This document shows, piece after piece, positions 18,731-30,464 of a stretch of DNA of 64,000 nt; position 1 is the stretch's first letter, and every line of letters starts with the position of its first letter. Source of the stretch: Candidatus Borkfalkia excrementavium (GTDB lineage: Bacteria; Bacillota; Clostridia; Christensenellales; Borkfalkiaceae). The notes under the pieces were generated by a model. That model was not told where the DNA came from. It saw nothing but the letters and a program-made list of their open reading frames with translations, and ran no database searches. The translations under genes and the position numbers were made by a program. The DNA is taken from positions 40,758-104,757 of the forward strand of contig DXCO01000040.1 in the NCBI GenBank assembly GCA_019115945.1, read 5' to 3'.

Positions 18731-19606
18731 TCATTCTACGTTCTGTACCTGTTCGCGCACCTTCTCGATCTCGCTCTTCAGAGCCAGCGCGGCGTCCGTC
18801 ACCGCGAGATCGTTGCTTTTCGAACAGACGGTGTTCGCTTCCCTGTTGAATTCCTGCACGAGAAAGTCGAGTTTTCTGCCCACGCGCTCCTCTTTGCAGA
18901 TAGCGCGGAATTGTAAGATATGCGAACCGAGACGGGTCAGTTCTTCGTCTATGTTCGATTTATCCGCAAACACGGCGACTTCCGTGAGTAGCCTCGCTTC
19001 GTCGTAATCGACGCCTTCGAGGATCTCTTTCATGCGCTCTTCCGCCCTTTTGCGGTATTCCGCCGCCACGAGGGGCGCGCGCGTCCTGATCTTCGAAACA
19101 AGGCGTTCGATCTCGTCCATGCGGGAGAGCATGTCTTCGCTCAGTTTCGTCCCCTCTTTGAGGCGCATCGCGTTCAGGTTGTCCAGCGCCGTGGCGAGCG
19201 CGGATTTAAGCGCGCCGACGAGTTCTTCGTCCGCGCCCTGCACCTCTTCCTGCCGCACGACGTCGGGGCACTTGATGAGCGCAGTCAGCGTAAAATCGTC
19301 CGAAAGGCCGGGAAACATCTCTTTGAGCCGCCTGGCGGCATCGTACCAGCCCTGCGCGGCGGGCGAATCCACATACAGATTTTTAGGTTTTTCTCTCTTG
19401 TCAACAAAATTGATAAAAATATCCGCATGCCCGCGGGACAGTTTTTTGCGCACTTCCGCGCGGATCACCTCTTCGTAAGCGTTGAAAACTTTCGGGCTCT
19501 TTACGGCGATATCGAGATAGCGGTTGTTGACCGTTTTGATCTCGGCGGTCAGTTCGATCCCGCCTTCCCTGTATTCACCCTTTCCGTAACCCGTCATGCT
19601 GTACAT
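18731..19606 (-). CDS. yicC: YicC/YloC family endoribonuclease
   Basis: SMTGYG, EIKTVNNRY, EELTRL.SH, GRKLDFLVQEFNREANT..SK, REQVQNVE. Confidence 0.95.
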   Translation of the reverse strand: MYSMTGYGKGEYREGGIELTAEIKTVNNRYLDIAVKSPKVFNAYEEVIRAEVRKKLSRGHADIFINFVDKREKPKNLYVDSPAAQGWYDAARRLKEMFPGLSDDFTLTALIKCPDVVRQEEVQGADEELVGALKSALATALDNLNAMRLKEGTKLSEDMLSRMDEIERLVSKIRTRAPLVAAEYRKRAEERMKEILEGVDYDEARLLTEVAVFADKSNIDEELTRLGSHILQFRAICKEERVGRKLDFLVQEFNREANTVCSKSNDLAVTDAALALKSEIEKVREQVQNVE

Positions 19607-19716
19607 AAGCGACCTTCCTAAAAGTGCAAGCGTCGCAAAAGAGGCGCGCCGACGATTCTGACAAGGCACACACTTTTGCAAATTGCATTATAACAGAAAA
19701 CGCAAAATATTTCAAC

Positions 19717-21678
<1,962 letters not shown>

Positions 21679-21734
21679 CTATCCCCTTTCGGTCGCAATT
21701 CGATCGATACGTCCTATCAAAAAGCGACCTTTGC

Positions 21735-24053
21735 TTACTTTTCGATGATGGTGAGCGGCGCAAGTTGCGCGGACAAAGATTTGATGCCGAGCCCCGCAAA
21801 ACTTACGTTGACGACCTTCGCCGCCCCTTCGCCGCGCACGGAGACGACCATGCCCTCTCCGAATTTCGGATGGCGCACTTTTACGCCGGCAACGAGCGCG
21901 GCCGCGTCTTTCTTATCCGAAGAAGATGCGCGCGCCAGCGTCGCCTTGAATCCCGCCGCCGCGGAAAAGCCGCCCGTCCTGCTCTCCGAGGACGAAGGGA
22001 TGTCGCTGCGGTAGCCGAATTCGTCTTCGTCCCTGTTCTCTTCTCTGCCGAACCTTCTGCGGCCGTAGCCGTAACCGGTATAGCCCGAACCCGAACGATA
22101 CCCCGCGGCGCTTTTGGCGTATTCCTCGTACAGAGAGCGCTCGGGCGGAACGTCCAAAACGGGCGCAAGTTCGCCGATAAATCTTGATTTCAGCGTCATT
22201 TCGCGCTTACCGTACAGATAGCGGCTGCGCGAACGCGTCAGGTACAGCCGCTCTTTCGCGCGGGTGATCGCCACGTACATGAGCCGGCGCTCCTCTTCCA
22301 GTTCCGATTCGTCGAAGGCCGCGCGGGAAACGGGCATGATATTTTCTTCCATGCCCACGATAAACACCGTCTTGAATTCCAGCCCCTTGACCGAATGGAT
22401 GGTCGCGAGCGTCACGTATTCGCTCTCGTCCATGTCGTCGGTGTCCGAACTCAGCGTCACCTGATTGAGAAAATCGGAGAGCGTCGCCTCTTTGTTCAAT
22501 CTGCAGAATTCGTCCACGGAATTGACGAATTCGTCTATGTTCGCCTTTTTGTTGATGCTTTCGTCCGAATCGTCGGCATACATCGTGAGGATGGCGCTGT
22601 CGTTGATGACCTCGCGGATCAGTTCGTCCGCGCTCATGGTCGCGCCCTTGACGACGAGATTTTTCAAAAGCGCGCCGAACGCCTTTACCTTTGCCTTGCT
22701 GCCCGCGTTCAGAGGGAGAGCGTCCGCATCGAGCAGTGCGTCGTATACGGAAAGTTCCGTCTCGTAAGCGTACTGTTCGAGCGTTTCCACCGTCTTTTGC
22801 CCGATCCCGCGCTTGGGAACGTTGACGATGCGCGTGACCGCCTCGCTGTCGAAGGGATTGTTGATTACGCGCAGATAGGCCAAAAGATCCTTGATCTCTT
22901 TTCGTTCGTAGAAGCGGAAGCCCCCGAACACCTTGAACGGAATGCCGTATTTCGCGAACTCCTGCTCGTAAGAGCGGGTGAGCGCGTTGATACGCATGAG
23001 CACCGCAAAATCGGAAAAGGAATACCCTTCGCTGCTGCGAAGATCGGAAATCGTGCGCGCTACGAACAGCGCTTCGTCCGTTTCCGTCTCCGCCTGGAAA
23101 AACTTCGCCTCCGCGCCCTCGCCGTTCTCCGTCCAGAGCACTTTGTCCTTGCGGCGGTCGTTGTTTTTGATCACGGTATTGGCAAGTTTCAGGATGTTTT
23201 TCGTAGAGCGGTAATTCTGTTCGAGTTTATAAACTTTCGCGCCCCTGAAATCCTTTTCAAATTCGAGGATGTTTTCAATTTTCGCGCCGCGCCAGCCGTA
23301 GATGCTCTGATCGTCGTCTCCCACGCAGAAAAGGTTGCCGTGCACCGTAGAGAGGAGGCGCACGATCTCGTACTGCACTCTGTTGGTATCCTGAAACTCG
23401 TCCACGTGTATGTAGCGGAAACGGCCGGAAAGGTATTCGAGCGCCTCTTTATCCGTTTCGAGAAGGCGCAGCGCCTCGTTGAGCAGGTCGTCGAAATCGA
23501 GCGCGTTGTTGGCTTTGAGCCGGTCGCAATAGAGCGCGTATACCTTAACGAAATCGCGGATCCCCTTGACCTCCCTGTTTTCCTCTTCGTACTCTTCGGG
23601 AGATTTGCCCAGCATCTTTGCATTCGCGACGTGGAATTTCACGTTTTTCAGCATCTTTTCGTCGTCAAAGCCGCAATCGGAAAAACATTTTTTGATGGTA
23701 TTCGCCCGTTCCGTTTCGCTGTAAATGGAAAAATTCGGCCGATAGCCCAAACGGTCCGCAAACTGCCGCAAGATGCGCACGCACATGCTGTGGATCGTGC
23801 AGATCCACATTTTTTCCGCCCCGTCCACCATGCGGGAGAGGCGGGTGCGCATCTCTTCCGCCGCCTTGTTCGTAAAAGTGATTGCCAGAATCGAGGAGGG
23901 ATATACGCCCTTTTCCTCCACCAGATAGGCGATGCGCGAGGTCAGCACGCGCGTTTTGCCGCTTCCGGCCCCCGCGAGCACGAGCACCGCGCCCTCCGTA
24001 TCGGTCACCGGTTTGCGTTGTTCGGGGTTGAGATTCTGCAGGATATCCTTCAT
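21735..24053 (-). CDS. pcrA: ATP-dependent DNA helicase PcrA/UvrD
   Basis: AGAGSGKT, DEFQDTN, VGDDDQSIY, LEQNYRST, HSVKGLEF, EERRLMYVAITRA, C-terminal Tudor-like HPKFGEG. Confidence 0.97.
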   Translation of the reverse strand: MKDILQNLNPEQRKPVTDTEGAVLVLAGAGSGKTRVLTSRIAYLVEEKGVYPSSILAITFTNKAAEEMRTRLSRMVDGAEKMWICTIHSMCVRILRQFADRLGYRPNFSIYSETERANTIKKCFSDCGFDDEKMLKNVKFHVANAKMLGKSPEEYEEENREVKGIRDFVKVYALYCDRLKANNALDFDDLLNEALRLLETDKEALEYLSGRFRYIHVDEFQDTNRVQYEIVRLLSTVHGNLFCVGDDDQSIYGWRGAKIENILEFEKDFRGAKVYKLEQNYRSTKNILKLANTVIKNNDRRKDKVLWTENGEGAEAKFFQAETETDEALFVARTISDLRSSEGYSFSDFAVLMRINALTRSYEQEFAKYGIPFKVFGGFRFYERKEIKDLLAYLRVINNPFDSEAVTRIVNVPKRGIGQKTVETLEQYAYETELSVYDALLDADALPLNAGSKAKVKAFGALLKNLVVKGATMSADELIREVINDSAILTMYADDSDESINKKANIDEFVNSVDEFCRLNKEATLSDFLNQVTLSSDTDDMDESEYVTLATIHSVKGLEFKTVFIVGMEENIMPVSRAAFDESELEEERRLMYVAITRAKERLYLTRSRSRYLYGKREMTLKSRFIGELAPVLDVPPERSLYEEYAKSAAGYRSGSGYTGYGYGRRRFGREENRDEDEFGYRSDIPSSSESRTGGFSAAAGFKATLARASSSDKKDAAALVAGVKVRHPKFGEGMVVSVRGEGAAKVVNVSFAGLGIKSLSAQLAPLTIIEK

Positions 24054-24269
24054 AAGCACCTTTTTCTCATCGTTTCGTTTTCAAACTTCGGCGGAACGCA
24101 AAACGCGCTTGCACCCTGCGCCGCGCCGCCGAAAATCATTATAGCACAAACCGCGGCAAACTGCAAGCCCGACGCCGACCGTTCGATAGGGATTTGCAGA
24201 TTTTCCATAAAAAGGAGCTTCCCGCAAAATGCGGAAAGCCCCCGAAAAACACCGAACGACGGCGCGCTT

Positions 24270-24722
24270 TTACAGGGCCGCGGCTGACCCCGTATATTCG
24301 GCGAGAAGACTGCGAAAGGCCCCGTCCGAAAATTTATATCCCCTGTCCGAATCGCCGTAGCCGTTCATATACAGCCCGACGCGGTATTCTTTTCCCTCTA
24401 CCGTTTCGACGACCATATAACTTAAATTGCCTGCGCGCCGCTCCGTGCGCTCGAACACGGTCTTATGAAAGAGCGCGTGCGCGATCGTCTGCACCGCTTC
24501 GCCGTCGGAAACGATTCTTTCTTCCGCGGAGCCATCGCCCGTATCCCAATAGATGCGGAAACGCTCGATCTCCCCCTCTTCGATCCCTTTAAACTGCGGG
24601 AAATCAGAAAACGAGATCCGCTTCGGATATTTGATAAAATCGTATAAAAAGATCCCGCCGACGATGAGCAGCGCCGCTGCGGCCGCCGCCAAAAAAATGT
24701 ACAAAACCCGATATTTTTTCAT
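24270..24722 (-). CDS. Hypothetical N-terminally membrane-anchored protein
   Basis: Start MKKYRVLYIFL at 24722 with GGGGAG RBS, one TM helix, own TTGACA-17-TATAAT promoter upstream. Confidence 0.7.
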   Translation of the reverse strand: MKKYRVLYIFLAAAAAALLIVGGIFLYDFIKYPKRISFSDFPQFKGIEEGEIERFRIYWDTGDGSAEERIVSDGEAVQTIAHALFHKTVFERTERRAGNLSYMVVETVEGKEYRVGLYMNGYGDSDRGYKFSDGAFRSLLAEYTGSAAAL

Positions 24723-24844
24723 TTTTCTCTCCCCCTCGATCGCGTGGCGTCCGTCCCCGATCCGTTCCCGTTCAAAAGATCTGCGCATGTTTATTATATA
24801 ACGGTTCGGAAATTTTGTCAATACCGGCAGGAAAATGGGGACAG

Positions 24845-24877
24845 AAAAGGCCCTCCGCACATAAGGTGCGGAGGGCC
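24845..24877 (-). terminator. Intrinsic terminator
   Basis: 12-bp stem GGCCCTCCGCAC/GTGCGGAGGGCC plus T tract. Confidence 0.75.
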
Positions 24878-24883
24878 GTCTTT

Positions 24884-25297
24884 CTATCGGTTCCCCTCGG
24901 AAACGCCTTCGAATTCCCGCTCGCGGCGGAAGCGTTCCAAAGCGCGCAGGTACCGTTCGGACAAATTGAGGGTGTAGCGCTGCTTCTCCTCGTACGAAAG
25001 TTTGGAAAAGACCTCCCTGTCGGTAAGCCTGCCGATCGCGTCGCTCACTTCGCCGTCCGTAAGGAGCATCGCCTTGACTTTTTCATAAAAAGCCTCGTCC
25101 TCGCCGTCGCCGCCGCGGAGCGTGTAGGTCACTTTGCCGGCAAAATATCTCTCCACCTTGCTCGCGTTCAGCCCCTCGTTTTTCGCGCGCTCGACCTCGT
25201 TTTCGATCTTATTGCGATACGTCTGCCAGAACCCACTTTTCAGCCTTGCTTTCGCCTCTTTTGCAACTGACCTCAAATTTTTATCGGCATTCGACAT
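24884..25297 (-). CDS. Hypothetical helical cytoplasmic protein
   Basis: Start MSNADKN at 25297 with strong GGAGG RBS; charged, helical, natural-looking composition. Confidence 0.75.
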   Translation of the reverse strand: MSNADKNLRSVAKEAKARLKSGFWQTYRNKIENEVERAKNEGLNASKVERYFAGKVTYTLRGGDGEDEAFYEKVKAMLLTDGEVSDAIGRLTDREVFSKLSYEEKQRYTLNLSERYLRALERFRREREFEGVSEGNR

Positions 25298-25351
25298 AAT
25301 GCGTCCTCCTTCCCTCAAAAATGCCATAAACGGACAAAATCCGCGCAAACG

Positions 25352-25382
25352 AAAAGCCCGTTATGAAACATAACAGGCTTTT
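25352..25382 (-). terminator. Terminator after rpsU
   Basis: AAGCCTGTTATG-TTT-CATAACGGGCTT followed by T tract. Confidence 0.65.
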
Positions 25383-25387
25383 GTGCG

Positions 25388-25567
25388 TCAGTTTTTATTG
25401 CTTCTTTTCCTTGCGGCCTCCGCTTTCTTCTTTTTGCGGACGGAAGGCTTTTCGTAATGCTCTTTGCGACGAAGATCACCGATGATGCCGTCGCGGGAAC
25501 ACTTTCTCTTAAAACGGCGCAATGCGCTGTCAATCGATTCGTTTTCGCCGACTCTGATCGTGGACAT
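25388..25567 (-). CDS. rpsU: 30S ribosomal protein S21
   Basis: Not in ORF track. [59 protein letters not shown]; GGAGG RBS; TTGACA-17-TAAAAT promoter upstream. Confidence 0.97.
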   Translation of the reverse strand: MSTIRVGENESIDSALRRFKRKCSRDGIIGDLRRKEHYEKPSVRKKKKAEAARKRSNKN

Positions 25568-25748
25568 TCCTTTTCAACCCTCCTTCGCCTACGCAGTTAC
25601 TCAACGATATTATTTTAGACGAAAAGGAAAAGATTGTCAAGTTTTTTTGCAAGGAAATTTGCGCGGAACAAAATTTCTGAAATATCGACAAAAGGCGCCC
25701 GAATATCGAAAAAATGCAACAATACGGTCCGTATTTGTTTATTTATAA

Positions 25749-25777
25749 TTGACATTTTATATGTAAAATGTTAAAAT
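25749..25777 (+). promoter_or_regulatory. SigmaA promoter with palindrome across the spacer
   Basis: TTGACA-17-TAAAAT; ACATTTTA-TATG-TAAAATGT inverted repeat overlaps the -35 and the spacer. Confidence 0.65.
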
Positions 25778-25806
25778 AAAGTAAATTTAACAATCGGGAG
25801 AATCGT

Positions 25807-27003
25807 ATGAAACAGAACTATGCGGAACTGAGCGGCGAAGAACTGACTGCCGAACACAAAAGACTGCACAAAAAACTGATGCCCGCCAATATCGTGGTAT
25901 TCATCCTCTCCGTCGTGGCGCTCGTGACCCTGCTGATCGGGCCCGTGCTCGACATGAGAATGCGCATCACCCAGGAATTCGTATCCGACGTCTACGAGCA
26001 GGCCATGGAAGAATCGGGCGAAAGCCAGCCGGATGCGGAAGAACAGCGCATCATGAATTTCATGTTTAAAGACATCGACGAAACGGTACATATCAGCGTA
26101 AAGCCGATCGACATGTTCAAAGCGGCGATCGCCTCCGATTCGCAGGAGACGAAAGATTTTCTCAAAAGCATCATTTCAGACGCGCTCGAATCCATGTCCA
26201 GGATCGGAGAGCAGGTACTTCCCGCATTGCTGTCCGTCCTGACCATTCAGCAGGTCGGAGACGGATTGCCCGAAAATTTGGAAGAGATTTCCACCGCCGA
26301 GTTTGAAACTTTGGTCTCCATGTTGCAGAACCAGCAGTTGGACGAGGCATCCCTCTATTTTTCCACCGCGGCGCAGAATTTTGCCTCCGATCAACTCGGC
26401 ATCACGCTGACCCAGAGCGATCTTGCTTCCCTGCAGGACGGGTTTGACGAGATCGTCGCGCGCGGAACGGACGAAAACGGCGAGTTTTCCTTTATGAACG
26501 TCATTACGAGCATGGGACAGGAAGGCTCTTCGGGTGAAGAAGGCGACAGCGCCAATCCCTTCGAGGATTTTTATAATCAGATCGACGAAATGAACGATTC
26601 CGATCTTCAGGCGCTCAAAATGGGGCTGACGGCAGCGTCCGTCGCGGGCGTTCTGCTCAGCGCCTTCTGCTGGCTGATGCTTGCCCTGCTTTCCCTCGTG
26701 CACATTTTTGCAAAGAACAAAAAAGTCGGTATGTGGTATGTGAAACTGACGGGGCTGACCCCCTGCCTGCTGTTCGTGATCCTGCCCCTGGTTGCTCTGA
26801 AACTCATCCCGAAATTTGTAAGCGGCGCGGATGAGGCGATGGGAATGGTCTCCTCGCTCGGCGTCGGGTTCGGCGGACTGACGATCGTTTCCGCGGTTTG
26901 CCTGCTCCTGCTTTGGTGCGTATCCATCTTCTGGTGCCACCCCATCAAAAAGAGGATCAAACAGTGCAAACGCACGATGACCGAACGCGGCTACAAGGCA
27001 TAA
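25807..27003 (+). CDS. Hypothetical membrane protein (1 N-terminal TM, large acidic loop, about 3 C-terminal TMs)
   Basis: 398-aa ORF with GGGAG RBS, clear hydrophobic segments, own promoter and terminator. Confidence 0.85.
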   Translation: MKQNYAELSGEELTAEHKRLHKKLMPANIVVFILSVVALVTLLIGPVLDMRMRITQEFVSDVYEQAMEESGESQPDAEEQRIMNFMFKDIDETVHISVKPIDMFKAAIASDSQETKDFLKSIISDALESMSRIGEQVLPALLSVLTIQQVGDGLPENLEEISTAEFETLVSMLQNQQLDEASLYFSTAAQNFASDQLGITLTQSDLASLQDGFDEIVARGTDENGEFSFMNVITSMGQEGSSGEEGDSANPFEDFYNQIDEMNDSDLQALKMGLTAASVAGVLLSAFCWLMLALLSLVHIFAKNKKVGMWYVKLTGLTPCLLFVILPLVALKLIPKFVSGADEAMGMVSSLGVGFGGLTIVSAVCLLLLWCVSIFWCHPIKKRIKQCKRTMTERGYKA

Positions 27004-27058
27004 GGCGGATACGGATCTCGAAAAATCATAATTTTTGCGATATTCTAAAAAATAAAGA

Positions 27059-27091
27059 TAAAAAAGCGGGCGCTTGAAGCGCCCGCTTTTT
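27059..27091. terminator. Bidirectional terminator
   Basis: A tract-GCGGGCGCTT/AAGCGCCCGC-T tract between convergent genes. Confidence 0.8.
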
Positions 27092-27140
27092 GCTGTTTTT
27101 TCCTTTTACGAATCATCCGCCGTTCATCCCGAAAATTCCG

Positions 27141-27482
27141 TCAGATCAGTTTTTCTCCCATATCCTGACCGCCGAGAATGTGGATATGCAGGTGAAAGAC
27201 CGTCTGCCCTGCGTCTTTCCCCTGGTTGACGATCAGACGGTATCCGTTTTCCAACCCCAAAGATTTCGCGAGACCGGGAATTTTTACAAAGCATTTTTTC
27301 AGGATCTCCGCCTGTTCCGCATTCATCTCCGCGAGCGTGGCGAAATGGCTTTTGGGCACGCAGAGGCAATGCACCTTCGCCTGCGGATTGATATCCCTGA
27401 AAACGAGCATATCCTCGTCTTCGTAAACTTTTGCGGAAGGGATCTCCCCCGCGATGATCTTGCAGAAAATACAGTTTTCCAT
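27141..27482 (-). CDS. Histidine triad (HIT) nucleotide-binding protein
   Basis: CIFCKI, DINPQA, GQTVFHLHIHILGG. Confidence 0.95.
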   Translation of the reverse strand: MENCIFCKIIAGEIPSAKVYEDEDMLVFRDINPQAKVHCLCVPKSHFATLAEMNAEQAEILKKCFVKIPGLAKSLGLENGYRLIVNQGKDAGQTVFHLHIHILGGQDMGEKLI

Positions 27483-27501
27483 TTTGAACGCTCCTTATAT
27501 T

Positions 27502-28740
27502 TTATTTTGCCTCGGCAGGGCGCGCCGAAAGCCCGTCTTTATACGGCTCTGCCGCAATGACGCGCGTCTTTTTTTCGATCTTGCCCGGAACATAAAGGCG
27601 GATATAATTTTCCGAATACCCTACCGTATACCCGTCCGCCTCTTCTTCCGGCACGAATTCGAGTTCTTTTCCCACAAACCCGCCCGCATATTCGGCGCGG
27701 AGCCTTTCGGAAAGGCGCAAAAGCCTGTGCAGGCGGTCGCTCTTGATTTCGGGGGGGAGATCGGGAAGTTTCGCCGCGACCGTGCCCGTCCGCCTGCTGT
27801 ACGGGAAACAATGGACGGAGGCAAAGCGCATGCGCTCCGCAAAGGCGAGCGACTCTTCAAAATCCTCCTCCGTCTCCGTGGGGAATCCCGCGATGATATC
27901 CGTCGTGACCGCGGCCGACGGGAAAGCGCTCCGGATCATGCGCACCTTTTCCGCATACTCTTCGGGCGTGTAGCGCCTGTTCATCTTGCGGAGCACCGCC
28001 GCGCTCCCGCTCTGCAGAGAGAGGTGGAAATGGGGTGCAAAATCGCGCACGGAGGCCGCCGCGCGCAACAGCGGTCCGGTGATCGCGCTCACCTCCAAGG
28101 AACCGAGGCGGATGCGCTTGTCCGCATGCCGAACGGCCGTCAAAAGATCTGCAAGCCCCCTTCCTCCGTCGTTGTAGGAAGAGATATCGATGCCCGTGAT
28201 CACCGCCTCTTCGGCGGGGCTTTCCAGAATTTCGCGCGCGGCGCTTTCCAGCCCGCGCGAACGGGACCGCCCGCGCAGATAGGGAATGATACAATAGGAA
28301 CAAAAATTGTTGCACCCGTCCTGTATTTTTACGAACGCGCGGCTCTTGGTCGTTTTCGGGGGAAGCAGTTCGTCGTAAACCCCGTCCTCCTCGTCGATGC
28401 GGACGCCTTCTTCGGACAAAAGGCCGAGTATTTTCCCTTTCTGCCGCGCGCCCGTGATCAGAGTCACGTTTTCCTTTTTGCCGAAAGCGTCGGGATTCTT
28501 TTCCGCCGCGCACCCGCACACAATGATGCGCGCCGCGGGGTTGAGTTTGCGGATGCGCGCGATCGCCTGCCGCGACTTTTTCTCTGCCTCGCCCGTCACC
28601 GCGCAGGTATTGAGAATATACAGGTCCGCATATGCAAGACTGTCCGAAACCTCCCAGCCGAGGCGGTTCAGTCCCTCCATCAGCGAGCCGCTCTCGCAAT
28701 CGTTCACCTTGCATCCGAGCGTAAATACGACGGCTTTCAT
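27502..28740 (-). CDS. mtaB: tRNA t6A37 methylthiotransferase MtaB
   Basis: TLGCKVN, NTCAVT, KIQDGCNNFCSYC, HLSLQSG; downstream of rsmE. Confidence 0.93.
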   Translation of the reverse strand: MKAVVFTLGCKVNDCESGSLMEGLNRLGWEVSDSLAYADLYILNTCAVTGEAEKKSRQAIARIRKLNPAARIIVCGCAAEKNPDAFGKKENVTLITGARQKGKILGLLSEEGVRIDEEDGVYDELLPPKTTKSRAFVKIQDGCNNFCSYCIIPYLRGRSRSRGLESAAREILESPAEEAVITGIDISSYNDGGRGLADLLTAVRHADKRIRLGSLEVSAITGPLLRAAASVRDFAPHFHLSLQSGSAAVLRKMNRRYTPEEYAEKVRMIRSAFPSAAVTTDIIAGFPTETEEDFEESLAFAERMRFASVHCFPYSRRTGTVAAKLPDLPPEIKSDRLHRLLRLSERLRAEYAGGFVGKELEFVPEEEADGYTVGYSENYIRLYVPGKIEKKTRVIAAEPYKDGLSARPAEAK

Positions 28741-29453
28741 CCCAGATCTCCCAACAAATACGTCACGATGCCCGTAAAGGCGATCGCGGCGGTCTCTGCA
28801 CGCAAAATACGCCTGCCCAGCGACACGCCCGCAAAACCCAGAGCGCGGGCCTTCGCAAACTCCTCTTCGGTAAAGCCGCCCTCGCTGCCCACCACGAGCG
28901 CGGCCGAACCTTTCAGCGTCCTCAGATCAGCCTCGCTTTCGTTTGCAAATTCGCAGGCAAACAGTTTGTTTTCGTATCCGCCGCAACTATTCAGCGCGTC
29001 GGCGAGCGTTTCATGATAAGACACTTGGGGCACGCGCGAACGCAGGCACTGTTTTGCCGCCTCTTTGGCGACCTTTCTGAACCGCTCGATTTTGTTATCG
29101 TTTATGTATGCCGCGCTGTAACGGGAGGAAAAGATGCCGATCTCGCACACGCCGAGTTCCGTCGCCTTCTGCACGACAAGTTCCGTCTTGTCTCCCTTGA
29201 GCAGGCCGACGAGAAGTTTTACGGGAGTCTTGCTCTCTTTGTCGCCCGCGCGTTCGCCGAGCACGTTGCAGGCAAGAGCGCCTTTCATGCTGCGGCACAC
29301 GATCGCGTCGTACTCCTTTCCGCTCCCGTCGAGCAGTACGATCTCGTCCCCCTCCCCGAGGCGCAGCACGTTTTTTGCATGGGAATACTCCTCGCCCGTG
29401 AGCAAGGTCTCCCTTTCTATTTTATCCACAAAAAATCTTTTCGGTGCAGACAT
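28737..29453 (-). CDS. rsmE: 16S rRNA m3U1498 methyltransferase RsmE
   Basis: HAKNVLRL, QKATELGV, EAAKQC, GSEGGF, LGRRILRAETA. Confidence 0.95.
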   Translation of the reverse strand: MSAPKRFFVDKIERETLLTGEEYSHAKNVLRLGEGDEIVLLDGSGKEYDAIVCRSMKGALACNVLGERAGDKESKTPVKLLVGLLKGDKTELVVQKATELGVCEIGIFSSRYSAAYINDNKIERFRKVAKEAAKQCLRSRVPQVSYHETLADALNSCGGYENKLFACEFANESEADLRTLKGSAALVVGSEGGFTEEEFAKARALGFAGVSLGRRILRAETAAIAFTGIVTYLLGDLG

Positions 29454-29496
29454 GTCTCAACCGCCTTCGCGCGAAGATAGTTTTGCCCGACGCTTT

Positions 29497-30441
29497 TCAG
29501 CCGCCGAACACGAGCGCGAACCATTCTCCCCGCCTTTTCTGTTCGACGAGCGCGAGGCCTGCCTTTTCGTACGCGCAGATTACGTCCGTAAGTTTGCTCT
29601 CGATGATCCCGCTCAGGATCAGCGTGCCGCCCTCTTTCAGGAACCGGGGGATGCTCTCCGACAGGCGGCAGAGTATGTCCGCCGTGATATTGGCGGTGAT
29701 CACGTCTCCCCTGACGTCCGACCCTTCCAGAAGGTCGGTAAGCACGACCTTTGTTCTGTCAGCCGTGCCGTTTTTTTCGCTGTTGTGCTCGGCGCTCCTG
29801 ACCGCGACGTAATCGATATCCGTAAGATAGGCATAAGCCGCGCCCAATTTGACGGCCGCAATGCCCAGAATGCCGCTTCCGCAGCCGACGTCTACGACCG
29901 TATCCCCCGTTTTCAGATACTTTTGCAAAAGTTCGAGGCACATTGCCGTCGTTTCGTGCTCGCCCGTGCCGAACGCCATGTTCGAATCGAGCGTCACGAC
30001 CGCTTCGCCCTCTGCGGGGGCATACCCGATCCATTCGGGACAGACGACCACCCTCTCTCCGATATGCAGGGGCCGGAAATGTTTTTTCCATACGTCGATC
30101 CAGTCGTCGCCGTCCACCTCGCGCCGCCCCGTTTCCAGCGAGCCGAAACGCAGAAAGCCCTCGCCCCGCTTTTTCGTCTCTTCAAGATCGGCAACGATCT
30201 TTCGGATACTTTCGTCGGCAATGTCGACGGGAAGATAGCATTTGACCAAAACGTCCCCGCCCGCCTCTTCGGCGAGCGAATCGTCCATGTAATCCCAATA
30301 CGTCGATTTATCCCGCTGCAGGGCGATGACGTCGTTCACGTCGCAGACGGTAACGCCGTAATTGGTATAATTCCACAAAACGTCCGCGACGAGTTCGCTT
30401 CCCTCCGTGGTGGTATGCACGGTCAGTTCGATAAATTTCAT
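29497..30441 (-). CDS. prmA: Ribosomal protein L11 methyltransferase
   Basis: W...WKKHF, AFGTGEHETT, DVGCGSGIL, ANI, LSGI. Confidence 0.95.
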   Translation of the reverse strand: MKFIELTVHTTTEGSELVADVLWNYTNYGVTVCDVNDVIALQRDKSTYWDYMDDSLAEEAGGDVLVKCYLPVDIADESIRKIVADLEETKKRGEGFLRFGSLETGRREVDGDDWIDVWKKHFRPLHIGERVVVCPEWIGYAPAEGEAVVTLDSNMAFGTGEHETTAMCLELLQKYLKTGDTVVDVGCGSGILGIAAVKLGAAYAYLTDIDYVAVRSAEHNSEKNGTADRTKVVLTDLLEGSDVRGDVITANITADILCRLSESIPRFLKEGGTLILSGIIESKLTDVICAYEKAGLALVEQKRRGEWFALVFGG

Positions 30442-30464
30442 GCGTAAAAACCTCCCTTTTGCCG

